52,515 bases of DNA from Pseudomonadota bacterium (lineage in GTDB: Bacteria > Pseudomonadota > Alphaproteobacteria > Rhizobiales > Xanthobacteraceae), in NCBI GenBank assembly GCA_016195095.1, contig JACQAE010000073.1, forward strand, positions 1 through 52,515, in the 5' to 3' direction. A program made the translations under genes and the position numbers. How positions within the stretch are numbered: position 1 is the first letter of the stretch; the number at the start of each line of letters is the position of its first letter. Shown here in pieces: positions 7,948 through 17,044 of the stretch. The notes beneath the pieces are model-generated. The model was not told the origin of the DNA. It saw nothing but the letters and a program-made list of their open reading frames with translations, and made no database searches.

Positions 7948-10727
7948 GATCGGCCATCCGTCATCGCACCAGCGGTGGCGTGGCGGACGGGTGGCGGCAT
8001 TCCGGCGCGTTCAATGTCATGCAACAGCCCGCCATGGCGCGTGTAGAAGAACCAGGTGACCAGGAGACAGCTGATATAGAACGCCAGGAAGAACCACAGT
8101 GCCGCCTCCGGGCCGCCCGTGGCGGAAATCGAGGTGCCGTAGCTCTTGGGGATGAAAAACGCGCCATAGGCCGCGACTGCGGAGGTGAAGCCGATAATGG
8201 CGGCGGACTCCATATCGGCCTGCCGCGTTCGCTCGCCGACCGCCAGGCCGGGCGCCAGTCGCTTGACCTCTTCACGCATGATCGCGGGGATCATCTGGAA
8301 CGTCGATGCGTTGCCAACGCCAGTCGCGAAAAACAGGATCATGAACATCGTGAAGAAGCCCCAGAACGCATAAGGCTGGTCCTTGATACCGAGGAAGTAG
8401 AGGACGCCCAACACGGCGGCGATCATGAGCGCGAATACCCACAAGGTGACGCGGCCGCCGCCGTAACGGTCGGAGACCCAACCGGTGGCGGAGCGCGACA
8501 ACGCACCGACCAACGGACCGAGGAAGACGAACTTGAGCGAGTCAATCTGCGGGAACTGCGTCTTGGCGAGCAACGGGAAGCCAGCCGAATAACCGATGAA
8601 CGATCCGAAAGTGCCGGTGTAGAGCCAGCACATGATCCAGTTGTGCTTGCGCTGGAATATCACCGCCTGATCGGCGAACGACGCTCGCATGGCGGCGATG
8701 TCGTTCATGCCGAACCAGGCTGCGATGGCCGAGATCGCGATGAAGGGGACCCATACGAAACCCGCGTTTTGCAACCACAGTCGCGTCGTCTGCCCGGCTT
8801 GCGATGTGGTCTGCGGCTCGCCACCGAGCCAGCCGAACACGCCGGCTGTGATCGCGAACGGGATGACGAACTGCACGACGCTGACGCCGAGATTGCCGAG
8901 GCCGGCGTTGAGCGCCAGCGCATTGCCCTTTTCCGATTTTGGGAAGAAGAAGCTGATATTTGCCATCGAGGAGGCAAAATTGCCGCCACCAAACCCGCAC
9001 AAAAGTGTGAGCGAAAGAAAGATAATGTAGGGAGTGTCCGCGTTCTGCACCGCAAGGCCGATGCCAACCGCCGGTATCATCAACGACCAGGTCGCAATTG
9101 ACGTCCACAGCCGGCCGCCGAATATCGGCGGCATGAAGGAATAAAAGATGCGCAGCGTCGCCCCCGACAGGCCGGGCATCGCCGCAAGCCAGAACAACTG
9201 ATCGGTCGTAAAAGTAAATCCTACCGCTGGGAGCTTGGCGACGACCACCGACCACACCATCCAGACCGCGAATGCCAGCAGTAATGCCGGAACAGAGATC
9301 CAGAGATTGCGTTGGGCGATGGCGCGTCCCTGCGCCTCCCAGAAGCCTTTGTCCTCCGGTCGCCAATCCTCCAGTATGTGTTCGCCGAGCACGCCGACAT
9401 GTTTCTCCTCATGAATCGGCTGCATTTCCGGCAATTCGGGCAATTGGCGCAGCGTCGGCGCCATTGCTTCACGCTCCATGCGCTGAACTGCCAGGTGCAT
9501 CCACAACAACGCGATGGAGACGAAGAGGAACAGCAACATGAAGCAGCTCGTCCAAATCCCGGTGAGATCATTGAGAGCCCCAAACGCGATCGGGAGCACG
9601 AATCCGCCGAGGCCGCCAATCATGCCGACGAGGCCGCCCACGGAGCCGACATTGTTGGGGTAGTAGACGGGGACGTGCTTGTAGACCGCGGCCTTGCCCA
9701 GGCTCATGAAGAAACCGAGCACGAACACCAACACCGTAAACGTGGCAATGCCCATCTCAAGATGGAAGCTGATCGGGCCGCTTATGCCTTTGATCGTATA
9801 TTGGGTGGGTGGATAGGAAAGAATGAAGGTGATGATGACCGATACGATGAAGGTCCAATACATCACACGCCGTGCGCCATACTTGTCGGACAAATGCCCG
9901 CCATAGGCGCGAAAGACGCTGGCAGGTATCGAGTAGGCCGCGCCGAGCATCCCGGCGGCCTCGATACTGACACCATAGACACCGATCAAATATCGCGGCA
10001 GCCAAAGTGCCAACGCGACAAATGCGCCGAATACAAAGAAATAGTAAATCGCAAACCGCCAGACCTGGACGTTCTTGAGCGGCTCAAGCTCAAGCCAGGC
10101 ACTTTTCGGTTTCTCGCCGCGGGAGCGGCGGGCGCGCAACACCGGATCGTCGCTGGTGGCGAGCCAGAACACCACGGCCATCAACGCGATCGTTGCCGCC
10201 CAGACCTGCGCCACCATGTGCCAGCCGTAGGCCACAAGGACAAACGGCGCGATGAATTTGGTTACCGCCGCTCCGATGTTGCCCGCCCCGAAAATGCCGA
10301 GCGCCGTCCCTTGCCGTCCAGTCGGATACCAGCGCGACACATAGGCGACCCCGACGGCAAAAGACCCTCCGGCGACCCCGATGCCGAGCGCGGCAACGAG
10401 CATCTGCGGGTAGGTCGTTGCGTAAGTGAGGAGCCATGTGGCAGCGGCCGCGGCCAGCATGGTGAGCGTGTAGACCAGCCGCCCACCATATTGATCGGTC
10501 CAAATTCCCAAGAAAATGCGTACAAGTGATCCGGTAAGGATTGGCGTACCGACGAGCAGGCCAAATTGAGTCTCGTTCAAGCCGAGGTCGTTCTTGATCT
10601 GGATGCCGATGATCGAGAAAATCGTCCACACCGCGAAACAAACGGTAAACGCAATAGTCGACATCCATAATGCGATGCCCCGCCCTTCTTGCTCCTTGAG
10701 AAACCGATCGCGCATGGTGCTTTTCAT
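7944..10727 (-). CDS. narK: Fused two-domain MFS nitrate/nitrite transporter (NarK1-NarK2 type)
   Basis: More than 920 aa with two tandem roughly 12-TM MFS halves joined by a hydrophilic linker (...MEREAMAPTLRQLPELPEMQPIHEEK...). The ORF extends to 10769, but an FNR-type box sits at 10784-10797, so the ATG at 10727 (MKSTMRDRF) or 10715 is the more likely start. Confidence 0.9.
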   Translation of the reverse strand: MKSTMRDRFLKEQEGRGIALWMSTIAFTVCFAVWTIFSIIGIQIKNDLGLNETQFGLLVGTPILTGSLVRIFLGIWTDQYGGRLVYTLTMLAAAAATWLLTYATTYPQMLVAALGIGVAGGSFAVGVAYVSRWYPTGRQGTALGIFGAGNIGAAVTKFIAPFVLVAYGWHMVAQVWAATIALMAVVFWLATSDDPVLRARRSRGEKPKSAWLELEPLKNVQVWRFAIYYFFVFGAFVALALWLPRYLIGVYGVSIEAAGMLGAAYSIPASVFRAYGGHLSDKYGARRVMYWTFIVSVIITFILSYPPTQYTIKGISGPISFHLEMGIATFTVLVFVLGFFMSLGKAAVYKHVPVYYPNNVGSVGGLVGMIGGLGGFVLPIAFGALNDLTGIWTSCFMLLFLFVSIALLWMHLAVQRMEREAMAPTLRQLPELPEMQPIHEEKHVGVLGEHILEDWRPEDKGFWEAQGRAIAQRNLWISVPALLLAFAVWMVWSVVVAKLPAVGFTFTTDQLFWLAAMPGLSGATLRIFYSFMPPIFGGRLWTSIATWSLMIPAVGIGLAVQNADTPYIIFLSLTLLCGFGGGNFASSMANISFFFPKSEKGNALALNAGLGNLGVSVVQFVIPFAITAGVFGWLGGEPQTTSQAGQTTRLWLQNAGFVWVPFIAISAIAAWFGMNDIAAMRASFADQAVIFQRKHNWIMCWLYTGTFGSFIGYSAGFPLLAKTQFPQIDSLKFVFLGPLVGALSRSATGWVSDRYGGGRVTLWVFALMIAAVLGVLYFLGIKDQPYAFWGFFTMFMILFFATGVGNASTFQMIPAIMREEVKRLAPGLAVGERTRQADMESAAIIGFTSAVAAYGAFFIPKSYGTSISATGGPEAALWFFLAFYISCLLVTWFFYTRHGGLLHDIERAGMPPPVRHATAGAMTDGRS

Positions 10728-10783
10728 CCCGGCCTGCGAGGCAACGTCGACGACTATGCCTAGTTGCATTGGCCGTTAAGGCG

Positions 10784-10797
10784 TTGACGTATGTCAA
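10784..10797. promoter_or_regulatory. FNR/FixK/Dnr-type CRP-family box TTGAC-GTAT-GTCAA upstream of narK
   Basis: Perfect 5-4-5 palindrome TTGACgtatGTCAA, 57 nt upstream of the ATG at 10727. This matches the TTGAT/C-N4-G/ATCAA anaerobox pattern expected for nar operons. Confidence 0.65.
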
Positions 10798-10929
10798 ATT
10801 CACAAGCGGGATGATCGTCGAACATTCCCCATCCGCGTCGCCAAAGCGCGAATAGTGGAATTTCAAGACGATTTAATTTTGGTAGATTGAAAAAATTTCA
10901 GCCCGAATGTAGCAATCACGTCGCAGGTC

Positions 10930-11177
10930 AGCGGAAATTTGCGGACCAAAACGGGGATGCGCTCGTTGCTGCGGCAGTTGCCGGACGGGGTTTGATCTAT
11001 CAGCCAACATTCATCATCAATGCCGAACTACGGGCAGGCCGACTCATATCGTTCGTACCTGATCATCCAACAGTCGAATTTCCTGGCGTGTTCGCGGTCT
11101 ACGCCTCCGATCGCCGCGCGCTCGCCAAGGTTCGCACCTTCATCGACGTTCTCGAAAAGCGGTATTGCCAGCGATGA
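10930..11177 (+). pseudogene. LysR-family regulator, C-terminal stub only
   Basis: Only the last roughly 80 aa of a LysR substrate-binding domain are present: NGDALVAAAVAGRGLIYQPTFIINAELRAGRLISFVPDHPTVEFPGVFAVYASDRRALAKVRTFIDVLEKRY. There is no HTH domain upstream, and AT-rich junction sequence lies at 10860-10930. Confidence 0.7.
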
Positions 11178-11359
11178 ATCGTGCGAAGGGACGCGGGCAT
11201 GCCTGCACGCCGATCGCAGCGGTGGGCGCAAAGAGCCACCCGGTCGGGTCGCGTCTGCGCTGCGACGACTACCACACAGCCCAGCGGTCGTCGTCGCCCA
11301 TCATGTTGAGCTGATCTCATCGATCACTGCGGCGAAAATCCGAGCCTAAAGCGGGATCG

Positions 11360-12331
11360 CTACGCCGCCACGGCGTGCTCGTGGTCCGGACAGGTATGGA
11401 CCTCGATCGTGACATGCGACAGTCCGTCGATCCCCGCCAGCCGTTCCTTGTATATGGTCGGAGGTTCAGGATGGTCGGTGACGATAGAAGCAATCACGCC
11501 AAGATGTCCGGGCCCAAGGCGCCAGACGTGAAGATCGAGAACACGGTCGCCGCCGATTTCCAGCCGCTCGCGTGTCGTCCGCATCAATTTCAAACTTGGC
11601 ACCGTGTCAAGCAGCACCGCGCCGGCGGAACGGATAAGTCCCAGGGACCAGAATGATATGACGATGGCACCGACAATTCCCATCACCGGATCAAGCCAAG
11701 CCCAGCCGAAAAACCGACCCGAGAGCAGCGCCACGATCGCGAGCACCGACGTCAGCGCGTCCGCGAGCACGTGCAGATAGGCCGACCGAATATTGGTGTC
11801 GTGGGCATGATGGTGCTCGTGCGTGTGCCAATCGGCATTTGCTTCATCATGCCCGTCATTGGCGTGGTCATGGCTCGGATCGAAAAGCAGCCATGCGCTG
11901 ACGACGTTCACCGCAAGGCCGATCACCGCAACGACCGCGGCTTCCTCGAAGCGAATGGGCACCGGTGCAATGAGCCGAACTACGGATTCGTAACCGATAA
12001 ATAGCGCCACTAGCGCGAGAATGATGGCGCTCGAGAACCCGGCCAGCTCGCCCAACTTGCCCGTTCCGAATGAGAAGCGTGCGTCATGCGCGTGCCTGCG
12101 CGCCAAACCATAGGCCAGCGCGGTGATGGCGAGCGCGGTCACGTGGGTCGACATGTGCCAGCCGTCGGCAACCAGGGCCATCGAGCCAAAGAGGGTGCCG
12201 GTGACAATTTCCACGACCATCATCACCGCAGCCAGGCCGACCACGAACCATGTGCGGCGTTCATGGTGGTCGTGCCGCTCGCCGAGAAACCTGTGTTCGT
12301 GTTGCCAATGATCAATGGAATGACTGTGCAT
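11360..12331 (-). CDS. Cation diffusion facilitator (CDF) divalent-metal efflux protein, DmeF/CzcD-like
   Basis: Begins MHSHSIDHWQHEHRFLG. Has six TM segments and a His-rich loop HDHANDGHDEANADWHTHEHHHAHD. CDF signature region ...LVADGWHMSTHV..., LHVLADALTSV.... Start trimmed to the ATG at 12331. Confidence 0.85.
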   Translation of the reverse strand: MHSHSIDHWQHEHRFLGERHDHHERRTWFVVGLAAVMMVVEIVTGTLFGSMALVADGWHMSTHVTALAITALAYGLARRHAHDARFSFGTGKLGELAGFSSAIILALVALFIGYESVVRLIAPVPIRFEEAAVVAVIGLAVNVVSAWLLFDPSHDHANDGHDEANADWHTHEHHHAHDTNIRSAYLHVLADALTSVLAIVALLSGRFFGWAWLDPVMGIVGAIVISFWSLGLIRSAGAVLLDTVPSLKLMRTTRERLEIGGDRVLDLHVWRLGPGHLGVIASIVTDHPEPPTIYKERLAGIDGLSHVTIEVHTCPDHEHAVAA

Positions 12332-12680
12332 CGGACCATTCTCGCCGTCGGATGATCCGCAACTTAACAGCCTGGCGGCGAGTTCGCCAACGCAAACAAT
12401 TGGCCACGAAAATCGCCTCCTGAGCACGCCGGTAGCCATGCCATGACGCGCCGGAGTTTGTGTCGCCGTCCGCGGTTAGGACAGCGTTTGCGGCGTCATG
12501 GCGGGGCAGCGCCACCAATCAACGTCCGCCCCGTTCCAACCACGACCATTCACCGCTATCATCACGTCCGGGAACCTTGGCCGCCGTCGTGACGTTGCAA
12601 GGATTGCGTGCGGCGCCAAGCGCGTGCGGGCAAGCCATTGCAGCGCGTTTCACGCGGCCTTGACGAGGATCGGCATCGCG

Positions 12681-13178
12681 ATGGTTTTGAAGCGGCCGCC
12701 GCCATTGGATCGCATTGACGTCAAGATCCTGGCCACGTTGCAAACCGACGGCCGATCGACCATTCAGAAACTCGCGCAAACGGTCGCGATGTCCTCGCGG
12801 GCATGCCTCGAGCGCGTGCGCAGGCTCGAGTCTGCCGGCATCATTCGCGGCTACCAGGCGCAGATCGAATTGAGCCGGCTATCGCGACCCGTCCATGTCG
12901 TTGCCGAGATCGTGCTCGAGAAGCTTGGCGGGCAGGAGCGCTTCGAACGGCGGCTCTTGGAGTTAGATGAGGTTGTCGAGTGCTGGGAGGTGTCCGGCGA
13001 TGTCGATTATGTCGCGCGGTTCGTTTGCGCCGACCTGGCGCGGTATGAGGATTTGACCGGGGCCCTGATCGACGACCCGCAGCTCGGGATCGCGCGCGTC
13101 GTCAGCCATATCGTGCTGCGCGCGGTGCGCGTATTCGCCGGTTATCCGAAGTCGCTGCTGGTTCGCCGGACGGATTGA
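12681..13178 (+). CDS. Lrp/AsnC-family transcriptional regulator
   Basis: Begins MVLKRPPPLDRIDVKILATLQTDGRSTIQKLAQTVAMSSRACLERVRRLESAGIIRGYQA (HTH), followed by a RAM-type C-terminal domain. The N-terminal extension of the ORF was trimmed. Confidence 0.85.
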   Translation: MVLKRPPPLDRIDVKILATLQTDGRSTIQKLAQTVAMSSRACLERVRRLESAGIIRGYQAQIELSRLSRPVHVVAEIVLEKLGGQERFERRLLELDEVVECWEVSGDVDYVARFVCADLARYEDLTGALIDDPQLGIARVVSHIVLRAVRVFAGYPKSLLVRRTD

Positions 13179-13437
13179 CCGCCTGAGTCCGGCATAATTG
13201 AACGTCTGGTTCGATGGCGTCGCTGACGACCGTTTCGGCGGCGTGGGAGCCGCAACTCCGCCAAAGCCGCCGTCGCGCCACGCCGGATAAGCCGCAACGG
13301 CTATGCATTCCGCGCTAAGGTGATTGTGGGTTGGAGCATGATCGCCAAGGACGCGAACCAGTCCCGACAAGACCGTGCTCGAGGAAATGGTCGAGACCCG
13401 GTTCTGATTGTGTTGGGAACGATCGAACCCTTGGAAA

Positions 13438-14685
13438 ATGGATGTTTTGGCGATGGATGCCATGACGCAGGCCGTTATACTTGAGGAGCGTTATTGCGCG
13501 CGCAACTATGCGCCGCTGCCAGTAGTGCTGGCGCGCGGTCAAGGCGCGTATCTATGGGATACGCAAGGCCGGCGTTATGTCGATATGATGTCGGCTTACT
13601 CTGCCGCTAGTCATGGCCACGCGCATCCGCGCATCCTTGCGGTCCTTGCCGCGCAGGCGCGACGCCTCGCGGTCCCCTCTCGCGCCTATTACAACGATCA
13701 ACTGGGGCCGTTCCTGAAGGACCTCTGCACGGTCAGCGGCCTCGACGCGGCGCTGCCGATGAACACCGGCGCGGAGGCCGTCGAGACCGCGATCAAGGCG
13801 GCGCGGCGCTGGGCCTATCGCGTCAAGCGAGTTGCACGCGACCAGGCAGAAATCGTCGTGGCAAGCGGGAACTTTCACGGTCGCACGACGACCATTGTCG
13901 GATTTTCCTCCGAGGCCGACTACCGCGACGATTTCGGACCGTTCACCCCCGGGTTTCGGTCGGTTCCGTTCGGCGATCTTGCCGCGATGGAGCGCGCGAT
14001 CGGGCCAAACACCGCCGCGATTCTTGTTGAACCGGTGCAGGGCGAGGCAGGCATCGTCGTGCCGCCGCGCGGTTGGCTTACTGGCTTGCGGCGGATTTGC
14101 GACGCGCGTGGCGTGCTCCTCATCCTCGACGAGGTGCAATCGGGCCTGGGCCGAACGGGCGCCTGGTTTGCGTTCGAGCATGACGACATTCGCCCGGATG
14201 GATTGATCCTCGGTAAGGCGCTGGGTGGCGGCGTCCTGCCGGTATCGGCATTCGTCGGCCGCAGGGACGTCATGGACGTTTTCACGCCTGGCTCACATGG
14301 TTCCACGTTTGGTGGAAACCCGCTTGCAGCGGCGGTCGGACGCGAGGCGCTCGCGATCATTCGCGACGAGGGCCTGGTCGAACGCAGCCGCGATCTCGGC
14401 GCTCACGCGCTCGCGCGACTGCGGGCGATTGACAGCCCAGCGCTCAAGGAAATACGCGGACGCGGCCTGTGGATTGGCGTTGAATTCGACCCGCGAGTCG
14501 CAAGCGCGCGCCTGGTTTGCGAGCGCCTCCTCGCCAGGGGCGTGTTGTCGAAAGAGACCCACGGTACGGTTGTTCGGTTGGCGCCGCCGCTGATCATCGC
14601 GCGTGATGATCTCGATTGGGCGCTCGACCAATTTGCGGCAGTCGTGGCCGAACTATCGCCGCGCCGCCGCCCTGCGGCGGCGTGA
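13438..14685 (+). CDS. rocD: Ornithine--oxo-acid aminotransferase (class-III PLP enzyme)
   Basis: Motifs EERYCARNYAPLPVVLARGQGAYLWD, DEVQSGLGRTGAWFAFEH and LGKALGGGVLPVSA (PLP Lys). The start is uncertain; ATGs at 13438, 13453 and 13462 are all possible. Confidence 0.85.
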   Translation: MDVLAMDAMTQAVILEERYCARNYAPLPVVLARGQGAYLWDTQGRRYVDMMSAYSAASHGHAHPRILAVLAAQARRLAVPSRAYYNDQLGPFLKDLCTVSGLDAALPMNTGAEAVETAIKAARRWAYRVKRVARDQAEIVVASGNFHGRTTTIVGFSSEADYRDDFGPFTPGFRSVPFGDLAAMERAIGPNTAAILVEPVQGEAGIVVPPRGWLTGLRRICDARGVLLILDEVQSGLGRTGAWFAFEHDDIRPDGLILGKALGGGVLPVSAFVGRRDVMDVFTPGSHGSTFGGNPLAAAVGREALAIIRDEGLVERSRDLGAHALARLRAIDSPALKEIRGRGLWIGVEFDPRVASARLVCERLLARGVLSKETHGTVVRLAPPLIIARDDLDWALDQFAAVVAELSPRRRPAAA

Positions 14686-14698
14686 CGAGGTTTGCGCG

Positions 14699-15592
14699 AT
14701 GCCATTGCGATCAAAACCGCGATTCCTGATGTGCAGGCCGCGACATTTCGCGGTCTCCTACAGGATCAATCCGTGGATGGACCCGAATTCCTGGGCTCTT
14801 GACGGTCGCGCACTAGCGTCGTCGTCACGCCGCGAATGGGCGCGATTGCATCAGTGCCTTGTCGATTGCGGGGCGCGGATCGAGCTTGTCAGCCCGGTGC
14901 GGGATGTTCCGGACCTCGTATTCACCGCCAACGCGGCCGTCGTGCTCGACGGCAAGGCGCTGCTCTCGCGCTTCCGATACCCGCAACGGCGGCTGGAGGA
15001 AGCGCATTTCGCGGCGGCCTTTCAGAAGCTTCGCCGTCGCGGCGTCATCGATATCGTCGAGACGCTTCCACAAGGTCTGGTGCTGGAAGGCGCCGGCGAC
15101 TGCGTTTGGGACGGGGTGCGCAAGCTGTTCTGGATGGGTTACGGCCCGCGTTCGGACTTTTCGGCGTGCAACAGCGTGGCCGGCGTATTCGGTGCCGAGG
15201 TGGTCGCGCTCGAGCTTGCCGACGCGCGCTTTTATCACATGGACACGGCGTTGCGGCCGTTGCCGCGGGGCGAAGTCATGTACGTCCCGGGTGCCTTCAC
15301 CCGGAAAGGCCGCGCGGTCATCGAAAGGCTGGTCAAGCCGGTCGACAGGATCGCGCTCGCCATGGACGATGCGCTGAGCCTCTCGGCGAACGCGGTCTGC
15401 GTTGACACGACCATTGTCGTGTCCGGGTGCAGCGTCGGTCTGCGGAAGACTCTGGAAGCGCGAGGGTATCGCGTATTGTCGGTTCCCCTGCGCTCGTTCC
15501 TGCATAGTGGTGGGAGCGCATTTTGTCTTACGCTCAGGCTCGACCTGCGTTCGGGGGATTTGGCGACGACGCGTCCCTCGATTGCCGCCTGA
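14699..15592 (+). CDS. Guanidino-group-modifying enzyme (amidinotransferase/DDAH/arginine deiminase superfamily)
   Basis: Begins MPLRSKPRFLMCRPRHFAVSYRINPWM. A C-terminal HSGGSAFCLTL carries the catalytic-Cys context typical of this fold. GAGG lies 9 nt upstream of the ATG, and the gene starts 13 nt after the rocD stop. Confidence 0.75.
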   Translation: MPLRSKPRFLMCRPRHFAVSYRINPWMDPNSWALDGRALASSSRREWARLHQCLVDCGARIELVSPVRDVPDLVFTANAAVVLDGKALLSRFRYPQRRLEEAHFAAAFQKLRRRGVIDIVETLPQGLVLEGAGDCVWDGVRKLFWMGYGPRSDFSACNSVAGVFGAEVVALELADARFYHMDTALRPLPRGEVMYVPGAFTRKGRAVIERLVKPVDRIALAMDDALSLSANAVCVDTTIVVSGCSVGLRKTLEARGYRVLSVPLRSFLHSGGSAFCLTLRLDLRSGDLATTRPSIAA

Positions 15593-16103
15593 CAGGGGCC
15601 TTGCAGCCTCTGCGCCCACCGCTTGGCACCGAAATCCCAAAGGTCCAAGCGCTGATCGACCGAAGGAACGATCGCCGGACGTCGGAATCACGCTGACGAG
15701 GCGCGGGCCATATTCAGGCGCTTAGAATGCCGATCGTCGTATAGCCGAATGTCGCCACACGTGACGTTGCGGCAGGCCTCCAGACCGGCAATTTGCTAAT
15801 CGTCATTAAGCTTGGTGCCAAATTTCCTCGGCACTTGGCGCGCCGACTTCAATGGTTGGCATGAAACCTATCGTGCGGCGCGGTGCCGGCAACGATGCGC
15901 GATTTGCATGCGCAAGCAGAGGCGCGCGTTCCTCGTGCCCGGTTCTTGCGCGGCCGAACTGTCTCGCGGCGAGCGCTTGGAAACGGGTGGCTATAGCTCG
16001 ATCCACCACCTCGGATGAAATCAAGGATCCGGCGTGCCGGAATGTTGGTCGCCGATCGGCCTCTGGAAAACCGCCCGCTCGAGAAAAATCGTAACGGTGG
16101 ACA

Positions 16104-16122
16104 CGCCGGCGTCACGCCGGCG
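16104..16122 (-). terminator. Candidate hairpin downstream of the DUF2189-like gene
   Basis: CGCCGGCG-TCA-CGCCGGCG forms an 8-bp GC stem about 45 nt past the stop. The only T-run lies some distance away, so an intrinsic terminator is not assured. Confidence 0.3.
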
Positions 16123-16163
16123 GGTCCCAAGAGTGGGTGTGTTCTTCGACGCGGCAATGGTCA

Positions 16164-16946
16164 TCACTCCACCACGCGGCGGTAGAGATGCCAAGTTGCG
16201 TGGCCGAGCACCGGCATGACGATGGCAAGCCCCACAAAAAACGGCAGTGAGCCGATGATAAGCCCGGCGGCGACAACGAGACCCCAGAGCGCCATTGTGG
16301 CCGGATTGGCGATAACCGCGCGGATCGATGTTGCGACCGCCACCGGCGCGCCGACGTCCCGGTCGAGAAGCATCGGAATGGATACGACAGAGATAGTCAT
16401 CACGATGACGCCGAACAGCACGCCGATGGCACCGCCAAAGGCGATGAGCCTGTGGCCCGGTGAGGTCGTGAGCACGTCGTTGATGAAATGCGTGGGCGAT
16501 ATGGGCGCGCCCATGCCGACAAAGTGATAGAGCCCATGCGCCACCGCGAGCCAGCAGAGGAAAATGACCACCAGAAGAAGGGCGAGCGCGGATATGGCCC
16601 CGATCGACGCCGACCGCAGCACGTCGAAGGCGTGGGTCCAGGAGGTGTCGAGCCCAAGCTCGCGTCGCCGGCTCATCTCGTAGAGCCCGGCCGCGGCGAC
16701 AGGTCCAATGAATGCAAAGCCGGCCGTGAGTGGAAAGAGCAGGTGGATCACGTCGTTCTGGAAAATAACAAGGGCCAAGAATAGGCCGACGATTGGATAA
16801 ATGAGGCTCAGAAACACGACGTGGCTCGGCATTGCCACGAAATCGTCAAAACCTTTGGCGAGCGCATTTTTGAGATCGGCCACTCCAATCCTGCGGACGG
16901 TTGCAGGGATCGAGCCATCGCCGGTAACCGCATGGAAGTTCGCCAT
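16164..16946 (-). CDS. Integral membrane protein, DUF2189-like
   Basis: 260 aa with multiple TM helices and the N-terminus MANFHAVTGDGSIPATVRRIGVADLKNALAKGFDDF, as remembered for the DUF2189/COG5473 family. A strong GGAGGA lies 7 nt upstream of the ATG. Confidence 0.65.
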   Translation of the reverse strand: MANFHAVTGDGSIPATVRRIGVADLKNALAKGFDDFVAMPSHVVFLSLIYPIVGLFLALVIFQNDVIHLLFPLTAGFAFIGPVAAAGLYEMSRRRELGLDTSWTHAFDVLRSASIGAISALALLLVVIFLCWLAVAHGLYHFVGMGAPISPTHFINDVLTTSPGHRLIAFGGAIGVLFGVIVMTISVVSIPMLLDRDVGAPVAVATSIRAVIANPATMALWGLVVAAGLIIGSLPFFVGLAIVMPVLGHATWHLYRRVVE

Positions 16947-16969
16947 GGTCGTTCCTCCAGGGCTGTGGT

Positions 16970-17044
16970 GCGCGGCATCATGTTGCGCGGCATCGTGTTG
17001 CGCGGCATCGTGTTGCGCGGCATCGTGTTGCGCGGCATCGTGTA
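16970..17044. repeat. Tandem repeat, 5 x 15 bp (GCGCGGCATCGTGTT)
   Basis: Five head-to-tail copies: the first has one A/G difference, the last one T/A difference. They begin 24 bp upstream of the DUF2189-like ATG, inside the divergent intergenic region. Confidence 0.95.

Noticed and set aside
2804-10529. Long plus-strand ORFs (2804-4231, 4219-4989, 4996-5811, 6478-7611, 7980-9101, 9312-10529) opposite narH/narG/narK
   Set aside because: All are antisense to genes with unmistakable NarH/NarG/NarK sequence. Their composition is dominated by R/A/G/D/H and no domain motifs are present.
14825-15691. 288-aa minus-strand ORF, plus other frames over 14836-15648
   Set aside because: They overlap the guanidino-enzyme gene, which has a good RBS and a catalytic Cys motif. 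The alternatives have no motifs.
16970-17044. CRISPR array?
   Set aside because: The units are contiguous 15-mers with no spacers, and no cas genes are present. It is a simple tandem repeat.
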